DNA of 38,312 bases from Phocaeicola dorei (GTDB lineage Bacteria > Actinomycetota > Coriobacteriia > Coriobacteriales > Eggerthellaceae), in assembly GCA_963615035.1 (NCBI GenBank), contig CAVEFW010000094.1, forward strand, positions 1 to 38,312, in the 5' to 3' direction. The first letter of the stretch is position 1. Every line of letters begins with the position of its first letter. The notes under the pieces are model-generated. The model saw only the letters and a program-made list of their open reading frames with translations, did not search any database and was not told the origin of the DNA. The translations under genes were made by a program, and so were the position numbers. Below, in pieces: positions 13,201 to 19,010 of this stretch.

Positions 13201-16200
13201 TTGTCATGATCAAATGTAGCATGAACGTTATATACAATGCCATCTTTAGTTACAGTTGTATCACCGTCTTGGTTTGTAGTGCTAGATCCGGTGTATGCAT
13301 AAAACACACCTTGATTATCAGTGTTGCCAGAAGCACGTTTAGATACCACATCTAGAGATGATGTATCGTTTACGATAACTGGTCTTGCAACAACTGCACT
13401 AGGATCACCTGTAGTTTCTACCTTTTTAACAGTAACTTTTACACCTGAGTTGATAGCAGAATTTGGAAGTGTTACCACAACCGTGCCATCTTCTCTGATC
13501 TCAATTTGTGCACCTTGAATGCCAGCGTTGGCATAATCTGTGCCAATCTTTGCAATATCTTCAACTGTTACGATAAGTTTTGGTTGAGTAATATTGCCAT
13601 CTTCGCCTTCCTCAGGAGGCAAACTTGGATCGATTGGGTTTGGATCGGTTTGGCCTTCCCAGTTTGTCTCAGATGTGTTTTTACCCTTAAGAGTGGCTAT
13701 ACCTTTTGTGTTTGTGCTATCTGTGCCATATGCAGCCTTGTCATCTGTTGGCTTAGCATCTTTGTTTGTAAACCAAACAAGCGTGCCTTCAACTGGCTCA
13801 TATTTACCGGTGTCTGAGTCTTGTTTTTTGAGCTCTAAGTTTACCGTTTTATCGGGCACGGTGATTGTTTTTATGTTGCCATATGTATCGCTATATTTAA
13901 TGCTGTCAGGCAAATAAGCCTTAACGACACCATCTTCAATAGCTACTTTTACACCACTTAGAGACATATCTGGTGTTGTTTGGTTAAAGTCATGATCAAA
14001 TGACAGGTTAATTGAATATAGGTCTTCGCCATCAGATAGTGTTGCCTTGCCATCTGTATCTGTAATAGCGCTAGAAGCAGGAGCATATACTGTGCTGTCT
14101 TTATCTGTAGCTTCATCTTCGATGCGCTTTGTGCCATTGTTGTTTATAACGCTTACAAGCTTACTTGACTTATCAACAGAATAGATTGGCTTGTGATTTG
14201 CGTTATATACACTCACCTTTATATCAGATTTTTCTACACCTTCAGGTAGCGTTACAGAAATCTTGCCCGCCTCATCAAAGGCCACAACAGCATCTGCAAC
14301 AGGCACATCGCCTGAAGTGTCTGTTTTGTCTTTATAGGTGTTTACAGAAACGATGTATTTTTTGCCATCTGCAGGGTTTATTGGAGCAGCTTCGCCTTCA
14401 TCGTTTGTGATGCCTTGGTTTGTGCCAACAGTATAGTTGCCAGCAACATCTGTATTTCCTCTGCCACGAATTGTGTCAGGAAGCGTGTTGCCCTCTGAGT
14501 CTTTCGTTCCTGCATCATTTACCTGCACAGGAGCATCTTTTATGGGGCTTTCAGATCCGTCTTCATCTTTCTTTTGGATGTTAACTGTGATCTCATATTT
14601 AGCATATGCTTCAGGCACTGTAACTGTAGTTTTGCCTTGCTCATCAATTTCTACCTTAGCACCCACGACAGGTTTGCTAGTTCCATCTTCTGTCTTATAT
14701 GTAACAGTTGTAGTTTGGTTATATCCTTTATCTTCGTTATAAGGATAAGCACGCCCACTTTCATCTGTTACACCTTGGTTAGCAGGAGCTTTAACTTGGC
14801 CATTTTTGTCTGTTTTATCCTCAATGCGTGTTGGGTTTTTGGTTGTGCCATCTTGGTTTTTGATGGTGTCTTTTACAACAACGTCTTTGCCCTCCAAAGG
14901 CTTTGGATTGCCCTGCTCATCTAGATCTTCTGGGTCTGTAAGTGTTACAGTAACGTCTTTGTCTTTATATTCTTCAGGCAAAGTAACTGTAGTTGTTCCG
15001 TTTTCATCGATTTCAACTAGAGCACCTGGAACTGGTTTTTCAACAGGGTTTTCAGGATCTGTTTTATCGGTATATGTAACATTTACATTTTGTGGGGCTT
15101 TTTTGGTGTCTTCAGTTGCTGGTTTTACAACTGTTGTATCACCGTCTTTGTTGGTAATGCCCGCGTTTGCCTTAAATCTTGCAACACCATCTCTGTTTTT
15201 GATGGTAGATGTAACTTGATCTACGCGTTTGCTGTTTGTTTTGGTGTCTGTAGCACGCACAACTTTGCCATTAATGCCAACGTTTTTGTTGCCATCTTTT
15301 GTATAGATTACAACCTCAACATCGTGTGTATATGCAGCCTCTGGCAAAGAAACATCTACAGAGCCATCTTGGTTAAACACTACATGAGCACCTTCAATAG
15401 GCATTGTATATTCATCGCCAGCAAAAGCTTCATCTCTATACATTACATCAATGTATACCCTCTCGTTTCCACGTGATGGGTCTAGCACATCTGCTTTGCC
15501 TTCTTTGTCTGTATCAGCTTCGTTGTTGCCCTCTTTGTAGGCATAACCCTCTTCATCTGTTTTGCCTTTGCCAATCTGTTTGCTGTTGTAGTCTTTAAAC
15601 ACTACATCTTTGCCCTCAACACCTTCTTGGTTGCCCTCATCATCTGTTGTGGTAACTCTTACCTTAGATGGTTTATCAGCAACACTGATTTGTTTTCCTG
15701 TGTCAGGATCTGTTACGTTTTCAGGCATAGTTACAACAAATGTGCCGTCATCTTTAATCTCTACCTTAGCACTAGGAACAGCAATCATATCTGTATCTGG
15801 ATTGTTGTCATGATCAACCCAAACCTCTGTGGTATATACAGGAAGACCCTTTGCTATGCCATCTTCAGATTTGTTGTCTGTTACTGTGGTTTTACCCTCA
15901 TCATCTGTAATGCCTTGGTTTGCATAAGAGATATAAACACCATCTGTGTCTGTGTTACCAAAGCCACGCTCAAATCCGTTTGCGTTGTAAACATCAACCT
16001 CAACGTTGCTAATTGCTTGTTTAGAAGCAGTTTTAACGGTAACTTTAACGTCAATTTTTTCTGTGCCTTCAGGTAGGTTAACAATGTATTTACCATCACT
16101 AATCTCTACTGTAGCACCTTCAATTTTTTGACCTTTTGTGTAATTTGCGCCGCTGCTATAAGCCTCAACTGTTATAACCTCTGTTCTTTTGTTATCTGGG

Positions 16201-18716
16201 TTATAAGGTCTAGCTTCGCCGTCTTTGTCTGTAATAGCACTATTAGCTGGAGCTTTGATTTCACCTTTGTTGGCGTTTTTGTCTGGCTCACCATTTTTTG
16301 TGTTGGTTTTGCCATCTACACGCACAGATCCATCAGAGTCTTTTATGGCCACAGGCACATCTCCCTTAGGAGTTTTGCCATCTGGCTCATAGACTGTAAC
16401 CGTAACATCTTTTGATTTGTATTCTTCAGGAATTGTTACGGTTGAGTGGCCCTGTTCATCAATTTCTACCTTTGCACCCACAACTGGTTTTTCAACAGGG
16501 TTTTTAGGATCTGTTTTGTCGGTGTATGTAACCTTCATTGGCTGCTCATCGCCACTTTCAGGGTTTACAGGTGTAGTTTTTCCATCTGTATCTGTAACAC
16601 CTTTGTTGGCAGGAGCATCCACAATGCCTTTGGCGTCTGTTTTTTCATCGTCTATGCGAGTGGAGCCATCAGAGTCTTTCACGCAAACGTTTTTGCCTTG
16701 TTGAGGGTTTCCATCCTCATCGGTAATTTGCACGCGAATGTCATCTTTTTTATATTCTTCAGGCACAACTACAGTGGTTTTGCCCTGCTCATCAATGGAA
16801 ACTTTAGCACCAGGAACAGGCTCATAGACAGGCTGGCCAGACTCATCTGTTTTGTCTGTTTTATAGGTTACCTTTGTAGGAAATGTATTGCCGTCTTGAT
16901 CTGTCGGGTAAGCATCTCCCTTATCATCTGTAATAGATCCTCCATATGGAGCTACAAAATAGCCATCATCGTCGGTTTTGCCACTAGCCCTAGAAGAGTC
17001 ATGTTTTGCATCTTTTACCTCAACGGGCACATCTGGCACACCGTCTTGGTCTTTTTCGTCTCTTATCTGAACGATAATGTCTTTAGTTTTGTATTTGTCT
17101 GGCACACTAACTGTAACTTTGCCGTTTTCATCAACAACAACCTTAGCACCCACAACAGGCTCTTCTTCTTGTGTTGTTGGATCTTTTGCTGTTACATGAA
17201 CTGGAACCTCTTTGCCAGTTACAGGGCTTACCGGATCTGCTTCACCGTCTTTATTTGTAATGCCTTCATTGAAAGCAGAAATAAAGATGCCACCGTTTGC
17301 TGTTTTACCGCTGGCACGGGTGATAAGTGTTGCATCTCCAGAAGAATCCTTGCTATACAAATTGATAGTCAAGCCATCCCAGCCATAACCAGGGCCTGTT
17401 TCACCAACACCATTTTCTGGATATTCGGCATAAACACGAATGTTTTTGTCTTTGCAAGAATCAGGCAAGGTGATGTTGATTCTGCCCAAAGATAGCACTT
17501 TAACGTGTGCTCCTTGAATGCCATTTCCGTTAATATCTGTAACCATGATTAGCTGTTTGCCACCCAGGGCACCCTCTGTTGTAAGTGTTTGGCTTAAAGG
17601 ATATGCTTTGCCGTTTGCATCGGTGTCAGCTTCATATTTAGATACAACAGTTTTTCCAGTTTTGCTTGTTGTGCCACTAGCCAAAAGCACACCTGATGTG
17701 TTCAAGACATTTACCTGCACATCTTCTACAGGGTTGTTTTGTTTGTCTGTAACACTAATAGTTTTAAGTGTGTTTTCGTCTGTGTCTGGAACGATTGCAC
17801 AAATTGTGTTTTCAGATTCAAAATCAATAACGGCATCTTCTATCTTTGAGCCGTTATCGCCATAGACTGTTACGTTGAAATCATCACTAGAACCGTTAGG
17901 GTTCACATTTTCTTCTAGTGTAACATCTGTTGTATCAGCTTCATCTGAATCTGATGTTTGCTCATCACTTGCTGCGCTATCAGAACTGGCCTGACTAGAT
18001 GTATCAGCGGCACTTTCATCTGAGGTTGTGTTTACACCCTGTGTGAAAGCATAAAACGAAACACCTTCATCAACCCATCCTTGTGCGCTGACAAGTTGTT
18101 CACACTCTGATGCATCTTTGCTAAACAAGTGAGCGGATAGTGCGTCGTTGTATAGACGCTCAACTGAAGTTGTGCCACTTATAGCACCGTTTTCATCTTC
18201 TGCTGAATAAAAAACAGGTGTTGGTGTGCCGTCAACTTCGTTGTCCCACTGCCAACCTTGACTTGCCACTAGCTGTTTAGCTTCATCTAGATCAGTTGTG
18301 TAGTGATGGCTTGTTTTTAGTTGAGCACCCAAGGCTGCGTTGTATAGACGATATACTCCTTTTGTGTTTGTTTTTGAAGAAGCATACCAAGCAACGCCTT
18401 CTTGTGTCCAACCACTGTCTGGAAGTGCGTTGTATTCACTCTCAGAGGTTGTAAGCAAGTGCTCAGATGTAGCGCCGTTATATAAGCGATACACCGAAAC
18501 ATCTGCATCTGTTAGAGACTTATCTGTAGAATCGTTGTTGATTACCACAGAGCCTGAAGCATCTGCATTGATGTTTTGTTCTCCTGCACTAGCGCTGCTT
18601 GTGTTTAGTTGCAAAGTTGGCATAAGACCAATAACCAACACTACACTTAAAAGCACACGCATAGCACGAGAGAACACTGAGTATTTAGGTTTTTCTTTCA
18701 TAAAATACTCACTCAT
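168..18716 (-). CDS. Giant secreted cell-surface protein (putative adhesin), 6,182 aa, highly repetitive
   Basis: Single uninterrupted ORF. The N-terminus has a basic stretch plus a hydrophobic core (RAMRVLLSVVLVIGLMPTL) and an ASA|GE cleavage-like site. It is followed by repeat families rich in T/D/K/V/G. No LPXTG or other C-terminal sorting motif was seen. The start could instead be the ATG at 18701 (M6), because the SD context of both is imperfect. Confidence 0.95.
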   Translation of the reverse strand: MSEYFMKEKPKYSVFSRAMRVLLSVVLVIGLMPTLQLNTSSASAGEQNINADASGSVVINNDSTDKSLTDADVSVYRLYNGATSEHLLTTSESEYNALPDSGWTQEGVAWYASSKTNTKGVYRLYNAALGAQLKTSHHYTTDLDEAKQLVASQGWQWDNEVDGTPTPVFYSAEDENGAISGTTSVERLYNDALSAHLFSKDASECEQLVSAQGWVDEGVSFYAFTQGVNTTSDESAADTSSQASSDSAASDEQTSDSDEADTTDVTLEENVNPNGSSDDFNVTVYGDNGSKIEDAVIDFESENTICAIVPDTDENTLKTISVTDKQNNPVEDVQVNVLNTSGVLLASGTTSKTGKTVVSKYEADTDANGKAYPLSQTLTTEGALGGKQLIMVTDINGNGIQGAHVKVLSLGRINITLPDSCKDKNIRVYAEYPENGVGETGPGYGWDGLTINLYSKDSSGDATLITRASGKTANGGIFISAFNEGITNKDGEADPVSPVTGKEVPVHVTAKDPTTQEEEPVVGAKVVVDENGKVTVSVPDKYKTKDIIVQIRDEKDQDGVPDVPVEVKDAKHDSSRASGKTDDDGYFVAPYGGSITDDKGDAYPTDQDGNTFPTKVTYKTDKTDESGQPVYEPVPGAKVSIDEQGKTTVVVPEEYKKDDIRVQITDEDGNPQQGKNVCVKDSDGSTRIDDEKTDAKGIVDAPANKGVTDTDGKTTPVNPESGDEQPMKVTYTDKTDPKNPVEKPVVGAKVEIDEQGHSTVTIPEEYKSKDVTVTVYEPDGKTPKGDVPVAIKDSDGSVRVDGKTNTKNGEPDKNANKGEIKAPANSAITDKDGEARPYNPDNKRTEVITVEAYSSGANYTKGQKIEGATVEISDGKYIVNLPEGTEKIDVKVTVKTASKQAISNVEVDVYNANGFERGFGNTDTDGVYISYANQGITDDEGKTTVTDNKSEDGIAKGLPVYTTEVWVDHDNNPDTDMIAVPSAKVEIKDDGTFVVTMPENVTDPDTGKQISVADKPSKVRVTTTDDEGNQEGVEGKDVVFKDYNSKQIGKGKTDEEGYAYKEGNNEADTDKEGKADVLDPSRGNERVYIDVMYRDEAFAGDEYTMPIEGAHVVFNQDGSVDVSLPEAAYTHDVEVVIYTKDGNKNVGINGKVVRATDTKTNSKRVDQVTSTIKNRDGVARFKANAGITNKDGDTTVVKPATEDTKKAPQNVNVTYTDKTDPENPVEKPVPGALVEIDENGTTTVTLPEEYKDKDVTVTLTDPEDLDEQGNPKPLEGKDVVVKDTIKNQDGTTKNPTRIEDKTDKNGQVKAPANQGVTDESGRAYPYNEDKGYNQTTTVTYKTEDGTSKPVVGAKVEIDEQGKTTVTVPEAYAKYEITVNIQKKDEDGSESPIKDAPVQVNDAGTKDSEGNTLPDTIRGRGNTDVAGNYTVGTNQGITNDEGEAAPINPADGKKYIVSVNTYKDKTDTSGDVPVADAVVAFDEAGKISVTLPEGVEKSDIKVSVYNANHKPIYSVDKSSKLVSVINNNGTKRIEDEATDKDSTVYAPASSAITDTDGKATLSDGEDLYSINLSFDHDFNQTTPDMSLSGVKVAIEDGVVKAYLPDSIKYSDTYGNIKTITVPDKTVNLELKKQDSDTGKYEPVEGTLVWFTNKDAKPTDDKAAYGTDSTNTKGIATLKGKNTSETNWEGQTDPNPIDPSLPPEEGEDGNITQPKLIVTVEDIAKIGTDYANAGIQGAQIEIREDGTVVVTLPNSAINSGVKVTVKKVETTGDPSAVVARPVIVNDTSSLDVVSKRASGNTDNQGVFYAYTGSSTTNQDGDTTVTKDGIVYNVHATFDHDNNSDTPEIPLPGAIVSIDDNGEIHIISPDSVDVTEDGTTTAVSAPDKNITVKVTDPKKTDEQGNPSPAKDIPVNFEKNVVNADGTVEAQNIGKDTTDSDGIAEKQGDNRGTTDSQGVVPDPDPIDPNPPVDPDTQKPTYDGTKGVVSKVQYQADNGLWTNLEAATIEFRSDGVAKVVLPDGMQDKNVRVLLKDSDSNPVVDKPVLVVNPDGTKRASGKTQTQTVDKEKWGVFEAGANKGITGNPDTENPGKTSPLDPSDTQKDGSKGHTTVTVMGKDADGNYTQPIGGAEVTINQDGSIEVKLPEGTQSQDVEIQVTDPDDNNKGLNGRDVLVLNPDGTKRIEGQTETHSYPNGTSKDGVLLAPASAGITDGPTKDDPDAPGTGQTTVTDPTDDPNPETGEKGKTQVTVMGKDEDGNYTEPIGGAQVIIADDGTIEVVLPDGTQDQDVEITVTDPENGNKGIEGRDVVVKNPDGSTRVEDKTNEQGKLEAKANQGITEPEGKVDPDGTGQGVPGQGETSPLDPKPDPNGDDTQTPAHTTVSIMGKDADGNYTQPIGGAKVTIADDGSIDIKLPEGTQDTDVKIKVTDTQGKGINDKTVSVENPDGTQRIKDKTAPVSGEDGVLLAPASAGITDGPTKDDPDAPGTGQTTVTDPTDDPNPETGEKGKTQVTVMGKDEDGNYTEPIGGAQVIIADDGTIEVVLPDGTQDQDVEITVTDPENGNKGIEGRDVVVKNPDGSTRVEDKTNEQGKLEAKANQGITEPEGKVDPDGTGQGVPGQGETSPLDPKPNPDGPDTQTPAHTTVAVMGKNKDTGKYTDPIGGASVTINEDGSINVVLPESTQDIDVKIKVTDTEGYGINNKPVVVKNSDGSVRVLDQEKTHQWSGDGKTEDGVVVAPCNSAKTNPEGDSTISNGDKAYTVNLAIDTDNDGTPDKAVPGATVSIDDNGKVSIVLPEILVDENGDAVLDANNNPIKVADHSVTATLTDPKTGEVTKDCISVPVEFYNESAPETMTYSDNTNQKGQVVKPGDSERITDDKGNATVNDILVHVYTKDAEGEHPIEGAKVILGADTSISVQLPYGYKESDVYVDLYNTKKPENILTNTVKASDLKQDGSLDSKRRDTPASKNAEKTNISTAKCLRNQGMTDDKGIAKPVDDNYTYIVKVKVKDTDNMIANAIVSINDEGAAVVTLPAEYDSQSIAVQVRKHEKSGNEFNAQNFDVTLKNSSGAIRATKQTDSNGWAYFDVNIGTTGAGNEKSDPDPTNPGTTETIPEDTAYPYNPYTQKSQPTKVTYTDENGKEQPVLGAEVEIDSDGKTTVTIPDEYKDKDVTVTVYEPDGKTPIGDMPVEVKDSDGSVRVDAKTNTENGVPDKNANKGEIKAPANSAITNEDGIAKPYNPATKESQPTKVTYTDTDGTEKPLPGAKVEIDPVTGKGTVTIPDEYKDKDVKITIIDEDENPITDPDKQKDYVVKDEDGSTRVDGTTEKGVLEAPANTGTTDTDGKTTPGAPENYTVEVMGKDASGQYTQPIAGAIVTINEDETISVLLPDGTQDTDVRVGVFDPDNMVPDATGKLSPAPVVDKQVTITESDGETDRIVDNTDAQGYVYAKAHTGITDKDGDTTVKKDDKKYHVNVVDKDGKPVEGAIAEVVGSDDDPANPTKVIVTLPEGLEDNKVTVTITDPDNVVAGKETPYRNLPVQVKNNNGTTRGDGDPQNEKTKQDGTYSPDIHIGVTEIIENDPDKDEFAKATVSSAALNNGNPEVLATYDVQLKWGTKDQDGQSPLAGATVEITQDGFITINLPDEEQYKQAAMTAKITYAKDYDTHTKGDPAVGVKVKFTFGDDAIVLDKDKNQTGAADGTGTSDADGNYSSNKDGFVVRGSTTSGTTNADGDVEPSPIYDPSNNYKGLVIKVEYESGKDAQGNPIYSGVEAAKVYAGTDGKLYVNLDSATNAEEVSSKDIKVTVLDVNKNPVVKKPVVVTNSDGSKRATTNTDTKGIALVKASGAITNEDGQATVTDDEGNKHTLTVTDEDGNPIAGASVVVEGSGDNATFSVDLPNEYTTKDGQTKKCQDANITVNVKDTTDPDNATPESNKQVTLNVDTSTDPSNPNIVNRGQASTNQDGDVNFYVISNQNSTFEDIEDRIYSASAQTPTVTGSYNGSSKLGSVDLAVNKNVVLSYENNTNVTLDENNNPDKKAVVKVTGIGNYSGTAYVYFKINPATITLKDGDFSASDKTYDATSVAKLTWARPQTSAIATDRGIYAGDEKTIVISAKGEFVDSATSTTPNKNVAFDSAGNVAARSVYISEYKITDQDSALAGYDANADTSKAKNYVVSADNSVKYCSAKILQREVPVLWSSLSDDDAATKYSDVSSTETFAYTYNRLDQGVTSKADSALHADETVLSPVYYNNTQENATNNPAISGVSGTYSPYATNKGVVEGEALSVVLNNQTGANAYKYTKKDTNIKAQNTTFDTDSTGGVYTAKATGFVATNNSTDAKNYKLETVSGNVDVTAQTFSIAQASLTAQDVSYDGSYYVDGTDKTSGVLASVVDGADGSASATIPAKQYAGRALEPSVEMTQTQNGNNKGEALVSRDSLDLEYGDKDTSDYFVVYGTTSGVDTHDNFHATNNGCVTVSATLNGNYTSSQHVSFDITQAPIKITWSADNSSVNKTKTVSEKGANFSHEYTNQTQTISANVEGLAQYQTSNGTKHDVVDSASFSAKHVADSTTNQVLIEGYNWGAYSGQTTDAYAYSSEKSDYYLDVESATNDATDVASITISVHPIDILWQEGSEAQSEWSTDYAYTYTYDAIAHYLTAHVKGYYDDSEYEDALDAFINTQDTTAISAKSFSAKHVADSVSAYNDLRIKGLNDNLYDQTPDYCVGAGSLSPSVRITAREIAVGWESTGDSWTENEVEGEFATWQEKLAALRQTSIKGTYGQATYIYNKNNTMDQNFKYSRSAHVFNYTQEQDSDISYNTIEQILPGQTAQTTVKIKGYNKDLTNNTPDYTLAALDGTANTTDQLKANIKVVARPLETSWSDTVTTYNGDRQALTATVSDYISTKLEENENFAYNGIKLTDYEKEPQSPSVSLSTLDALTQDNKVATGDTEASVSLPGVCGNEAGYITLTGGAGLTSRPSASNTPASFTAHDATLTVQNQGSDLSYYEFVSNTTTSAKTTQDGVTHNTLGHDSDGNVNTQIVEPYATNTFCQFIILPQDITGTTTNNLDQAQGGSANGRLHVSHTGEAYDRDNVTDLSTTQNHDDCTNHVDCKGDTDAHTYRGADWTESVYSITNVTSDVDSNVLSIDTNEIYKHTDNTAINAGNYTFTVYAKGNYTGSISHNYSIVPFEVNVGYSDWYRTGTKNKDGEDHISAAYNTEDDTYDGISYKSAYIDQADYGRGIIRYNWDAQKPTIKHIGVGRENTENINVLGVANASLKTNANKGVIGGWSSYTTDAYTATACILGNESSVALTGQKTDAINNNYKVVQTSTLSPAYTHIFYIYQHAADNVNVNPNAINGTSDVNSALWYQKPGNASVTNNKGLAHDSSVDVAWLAQENALDSYYTATYNSYRQQPPINANAGIVSKEDELGNAKLDAATVVLNSQQEVTGNNKATITANLEGSNAHNYYIPANSKTRQLEITNRDVDVTWKLDGKAKTPDPVDKKIKTTYDGVTHAVSATRNGINLDASTNIIKNIWSTDNKANADGTIGAAAGDYGFETALLETSPSYNYSLNNPTQTYEIEQRDIGDAKISKELSKNFFYALDGDKPTLTVEDSGLATNTTATLEVGKDFITDLDAQWTDAWENTKGVAEKTFIVKINGIGNYKGEATVSFKVVYDLSICTLELGYKQGPKNHAVITYDGADHSPDYKLSWPNGNDVDKKLYQDNMGWLDFTNANTGSGTDRDFKKTIRITASNGSVSGFNEKSDYFILEAKRIDSSDISATAESAATNVKTKVTVRDNTIGGGSTLTDGQHFTYYCTNNSTAGTGTAVISGMNNYQGTRNVNYTVQNSLNLPSTATKLFIANTNLTKEELVSKITNVKVGSAYPENANTGVSLTTSPGSASVGPVNCAYNYKLNIGTAVMSAPGSGLMYVFNTNWGNYIRNYDYKKIVNGVEQEGYVKTGMSLYDAAYEAFGDHKHDDEFLTGAPLYYNKADGSLLDTSHNDNMDNGAVGSKGGYSFGSDAELVHNFVILKEGASNKGETVASDPDSLLTELTSKNGKKYGGWGFGSRYNYYVNGKAIEFKKWCTENKYDTSSTSGYDNAVRNFMNVATYGTSNKDTKSVSELYSYSGSATQVTVSSRFYRQAPNGNWSGSNSSHDSLYSRLVIGSSNPASYIIRFRTSDNAVVDLCSDKVYMN
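1210..6800 (-). repeat. Second repeat region of the giant protein: YDG/GNYxG-type (MBG-like) beta-rich repeats
   Basis: Recurrent strings include KVTGIGNYSGTAYVYFKINPATITL..KTYDATS, NAGNYTFTVYAKGNYTGSISHNYSIVP, GIGNYKGEATVSFKVVY, GMNNYQGTRNVNYTV and SFSAKHVADS (twice). The resemblance to MBG/YDG-type surface-protein domains is from memory only. Confidence 0.35.
6840..17909 (-). repeat. Array of ~29 beta-sandwich (prealbumin/Cna-B/CarboxypepD_reg-like) modules of ~125 aa
   Basis: Recurrent signature P(V/I)xGA(K/x)V(E/x)I(D)xxG(K)xTVT(L/I)PEEYKDKDVTVTVxD ... V.VKDSDGS.R....TD..G....A.A..GITD.DG.A. I counted ~29 GAxV-type module starts by eye. The fold assignment is an inference from that pattern. 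Confidence 0.6.
10867..12113 (-). repeat. Tandem 786-bp (two-module, 262-aa) repeat containing two near-identical 461-bp copies
   Basis: 10867..11327 matches 11653..12113 at a 786-bp offset, with one mismatch seen (11301 g vs 12087 a). The encoded segment GVLLAPASAGITDGPTKDDPDAPG...GETSPLDPKP occurs twice verbatim. The antisense shadow ORFs 10894..11142 and 11680..11928 translate identically. Confidence 0.9.
18045..18500 (-). repeat. Three N-terminal ~40-50-aa repeats (YRLYN..H..T..E...L...GW..EGV.(F/W)YA), DUF5648-like, putative wall/carbohydrate-binding module
   Basis: aa 73-224 contain VYRLYNGATSEHLLTTSESEYNALPDSGWTQEGVAWYA, VYRLYNAALGAQLKTSHHYTTDLDEAKQLVASQGWQWDNE...VFYSA and VERLYNDALSAHLFSKDASECEQLVSAQGWVDEGVSFYA. 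The family assignment is from memory of the repeat signature, not from an HMM hit. Confidence 0.55.
18585..18716 (-). other. Sec-type signal peptide of the giant protein (aa 1-44)
   Basis: MSEYFMKEKPKYSVFSRAMRVLLSVVLVIGLMPTLQLNTSSASA|GEQ has n-region K/R residues, an h-region of ~17 hydrophobic residues and an AxA cleavage motif. Confidence 0.75.
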
Positions 18717-18736
18717 CCTTTCGTAATCGAACTACA

Positions 18737-18769
18737 TTACTTCTTTTGGTTTAGCTTTTGCACACCCAT
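18737..18769 (-). CDS. Possible 10-codon leader ORF (MGVQKLNQKK) upstream of the giant gene
   Basis: The minus strand reads aaagatAGGAGGtggtgttctATGggtgtgcaaaagctaaaccaaaagaagTAA, a consensus SD 9 nt before the ATG. The stop lies 20 nt before the giant-gene ATG. It is too short for the ORF track and there is no evidence of expression. Confidence 0.25.
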   Translation of the reverse strand: MGVQKLNQKK

Positions 18770-18890
18770 AGAACACCACCTCCTATCTTTACTCTCGTAT
18801 TCTTGCTGGTCATATGGCAACTACACAGGATTTTATTTATGTGTAACAATACAAAACGTATATGCACATAGTCTTCCTGTGTAACCATGT

Positions 18891-18921
18891 ATTTTAACAC
18901 TGATGCAGTGATAGGGGGGGG
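18891..18921 (-). promoter_or_regulatory. Candidate promoter of the giant gene: extended -10 (TGtTAAAAT) with an 8-nt homopolymer (C8 on the coding strand) in the -35 slot
   Basis: The minus strand reads ...aatttaaCCCCCCCCtatcactgcatcagTGtTAAAATacatgg. TAAAAT is the reverse complement of 18891..18896. The G8 run is at 18914..18921 and starts exactly 17 nt upstream of the -10 hexamer. An AT-rich segment with two ttcagaaa repeats lies further upstream. Confidence 0.4.
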
Positions 18922-19010
18922 TTAAATTCGATTTTTCTGAAAAATTTCTGAAGTTTTGCAGTGGGTGATGTGGAAAGGATTAGAAGTGAATATGAGTGTT
19001 TTTTATCTGT

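Noticed and set aside
16446-17495. 349-aa ORF on the plus strand, with many other 60-230-aa plus-strand ORFs between 2.1 and 18.7 kb (e.g. 11079..11780, 15627..16076)
   Set aside because: All lie antisense to the 6,182-aa ORF and translate to Cys/Phe/Ile-rich low-complexity strings. The repetitive, stop-poor codon composition of the giant gene explains them, so they are shadow ORFs. The identical pairs (10894/11680, 11079/11865) simply reflect the 786-bp duplication.
168-18716. Search for LPXTG/LPXTA sortase signal, a C-terminal TM helix, or choline/SLH/LysM anchoring repeats
   Set aside because: None was found by eye at the C-terminus. Only the N-terminal YRLYN...GW..EG repeats look like an anchoring module. 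This is reported as an observation and not as proof of absence.
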